Assembly: GCF_006345805.1 (NCBI RefSeq)
Contig: NW_021832284.1
Span: 1-64,000 of the forward strand
Origin: Octopus sinensis
Lineage: Eukaryota
DNA length: 64,000 nt
Reading direction: 5' to 3'
The notes beneath the pieces were generated by a model. It did not search any database. It had not been told where the DNA came from and saw only the letters and a list, made by a program, of their open reading frames with translations. Shown here piece after piece: positions 62,758 through 64,000 of the stretch (its first letter is position 1; the number at the start of each line of letters is the position of its first letter). Both the position numbers and the translations under genes were made by a program.

Positions 62758-64000
62758 TCAGTAGTTTTATTTTTATAGCGTGCTTTCACTTCACTACCGA
62801 GCGCAGCTCTGTGTGCCTTGGGTATGTGCTGTGATTTGTTGTGATGCTCTGATGGTTATTGTATGGAAAGTGCTCTGCGTAGGATGTGTGCAGTGCCTAG
62901 TAGTGCAATTTTCTGTATGATATATGTGTTTGTAAGTCCTGGTGTTTTTGTTATGTATTTGTCTGAATATTTTTTTATCATGCCTAATGCACCTACTATG
63001 ATAGGAATTGTTTCTGTTTTCAGATTCCACATTCTAGTTACCTCTATTTCCAGGTCTTTGTATTTTGAGAGTTTCTCCATTTCTTTTAGAGACACGTTGT
63101 CATCTGCCGGTATTGATAGATCAATTAGAAAGCATTTTTTTTCTTCATGATCTCTGACAACTATATCTGGTCTGTTGGCCTTAATTTCTCTATCTGTGTG
63201 TATCGGCATATCCCAGAGTATGGTTGCTTTCTCGTTTTCTGTAACCTTTTCTGGTGTGTGCCTATACCATCTTTTTTCTGTTATTATTCCATAATGTTGG
63301 CATGGCTTCCAGTGTATGTAGGTTCCAACTTTGTCATGTCTGTGAATGTATTCCTTCTTAGCCAGGACTGGGCAGCTAGAGATAATATGATTTATTGTTT
63401 CTTGTCCATCTCCACATATTCTGCAGTTACTTGTAATATTTCTTTTCATTACATGTTTTTGGTAATTTCTGGTGGGGAGGCTTTGGTCTTGTGCTGCAAT
63501 TAAAAATCCCTCTGTTTCTGCTTTGAGTCCTGAGCTTCTCAACCATTGCTGGGATCTTTCTTTGTCTATTTCTTTTGCGTTTAGTTTAGTGCAGTATTTA
63601 CCATGAAGGGGCTTTTCTTGCCATCGTTTTATCATGGTTCGTTGCTGTTCTATTTTTAGTTTGGATTTCATTTGTTTTATAGCTTTTGTTGTTTCTTCAT
63701 CATCTTCTTCTTCTTCTTCTTCGTGTTTATTAGGTGGTATGATTTCTTGTTTGTATTTGTCAGCTTCCTTAAATACTGAGAACAGTTTTTTGTTTTGCTC
63801 GTGTTTTGCTGCTATCTGGATCAGTTTTCCTTCCTTCTGAAGTAGGTATTTTTGCAGTCCTATGGTGGTTATTTTATAGTAGTTTTCCAGCTGTATAAGA
63901 CCTCTACCACCTTCTATACGTTGTATATATAGTCTTTCTATGTCAGATTTTGGGTGATGCATCCTAGATCCTGTCAGTATTTTTCTTGTTTTCCTATCTA
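62758..64000 (-). mobile_element. Dong-like LINE (element E), continues past the window end
   Basis: ORF 62856-63962: HHPKSD, GGRGL, CRIC...H...C, RPDIVV; (TAA)n tail. Confidence 0.92.

Overview
AT-rich, microsatellite-dense eukaryotic DNA. The SINE, LINE and microsatellite repertoire looks like an Octopus (coleoid cephalopod) genome; this is inferred from repeat style, not from a database search. The main feature, largely invisible in the ORF track, is a minus-strand multi-exon gene (~52.9 kb to at least 18.5 kb) rebuilt from splice sites and exon phases. It encodes a secreted protein: signal peptide - WSC - nine tandem, strongly cationic EGF exons (alternating A/B types) - 15-nt microexon - VWA (intact MIDAS) - VWD - C8 - TIL - Cys-rich module. 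The reconstructed part is ~1040 aa with all phases consistent; the 3' end is unresolved. The first two coding exons are tandemly duplicated, and dead copies of VWD and VWA exon parts lie in introns. Mobile DNA includes a Penelope-like element with a type I hammerhead ribozyme in each pseudo-LTR, other hammerhead-like motifs, a ~9.3 kb head-to-tail stack of (TAA)n-associated R4/Dong-like LINEs just 5' of the gene, (TATC)n-tailed Tx1/L1 fragments with fold-back structures, RTE/CR1/RLE fragments, mariners and MITEs, and many tRNA-type SINEs. Coordinates were read by eye and may be off by a few bases.
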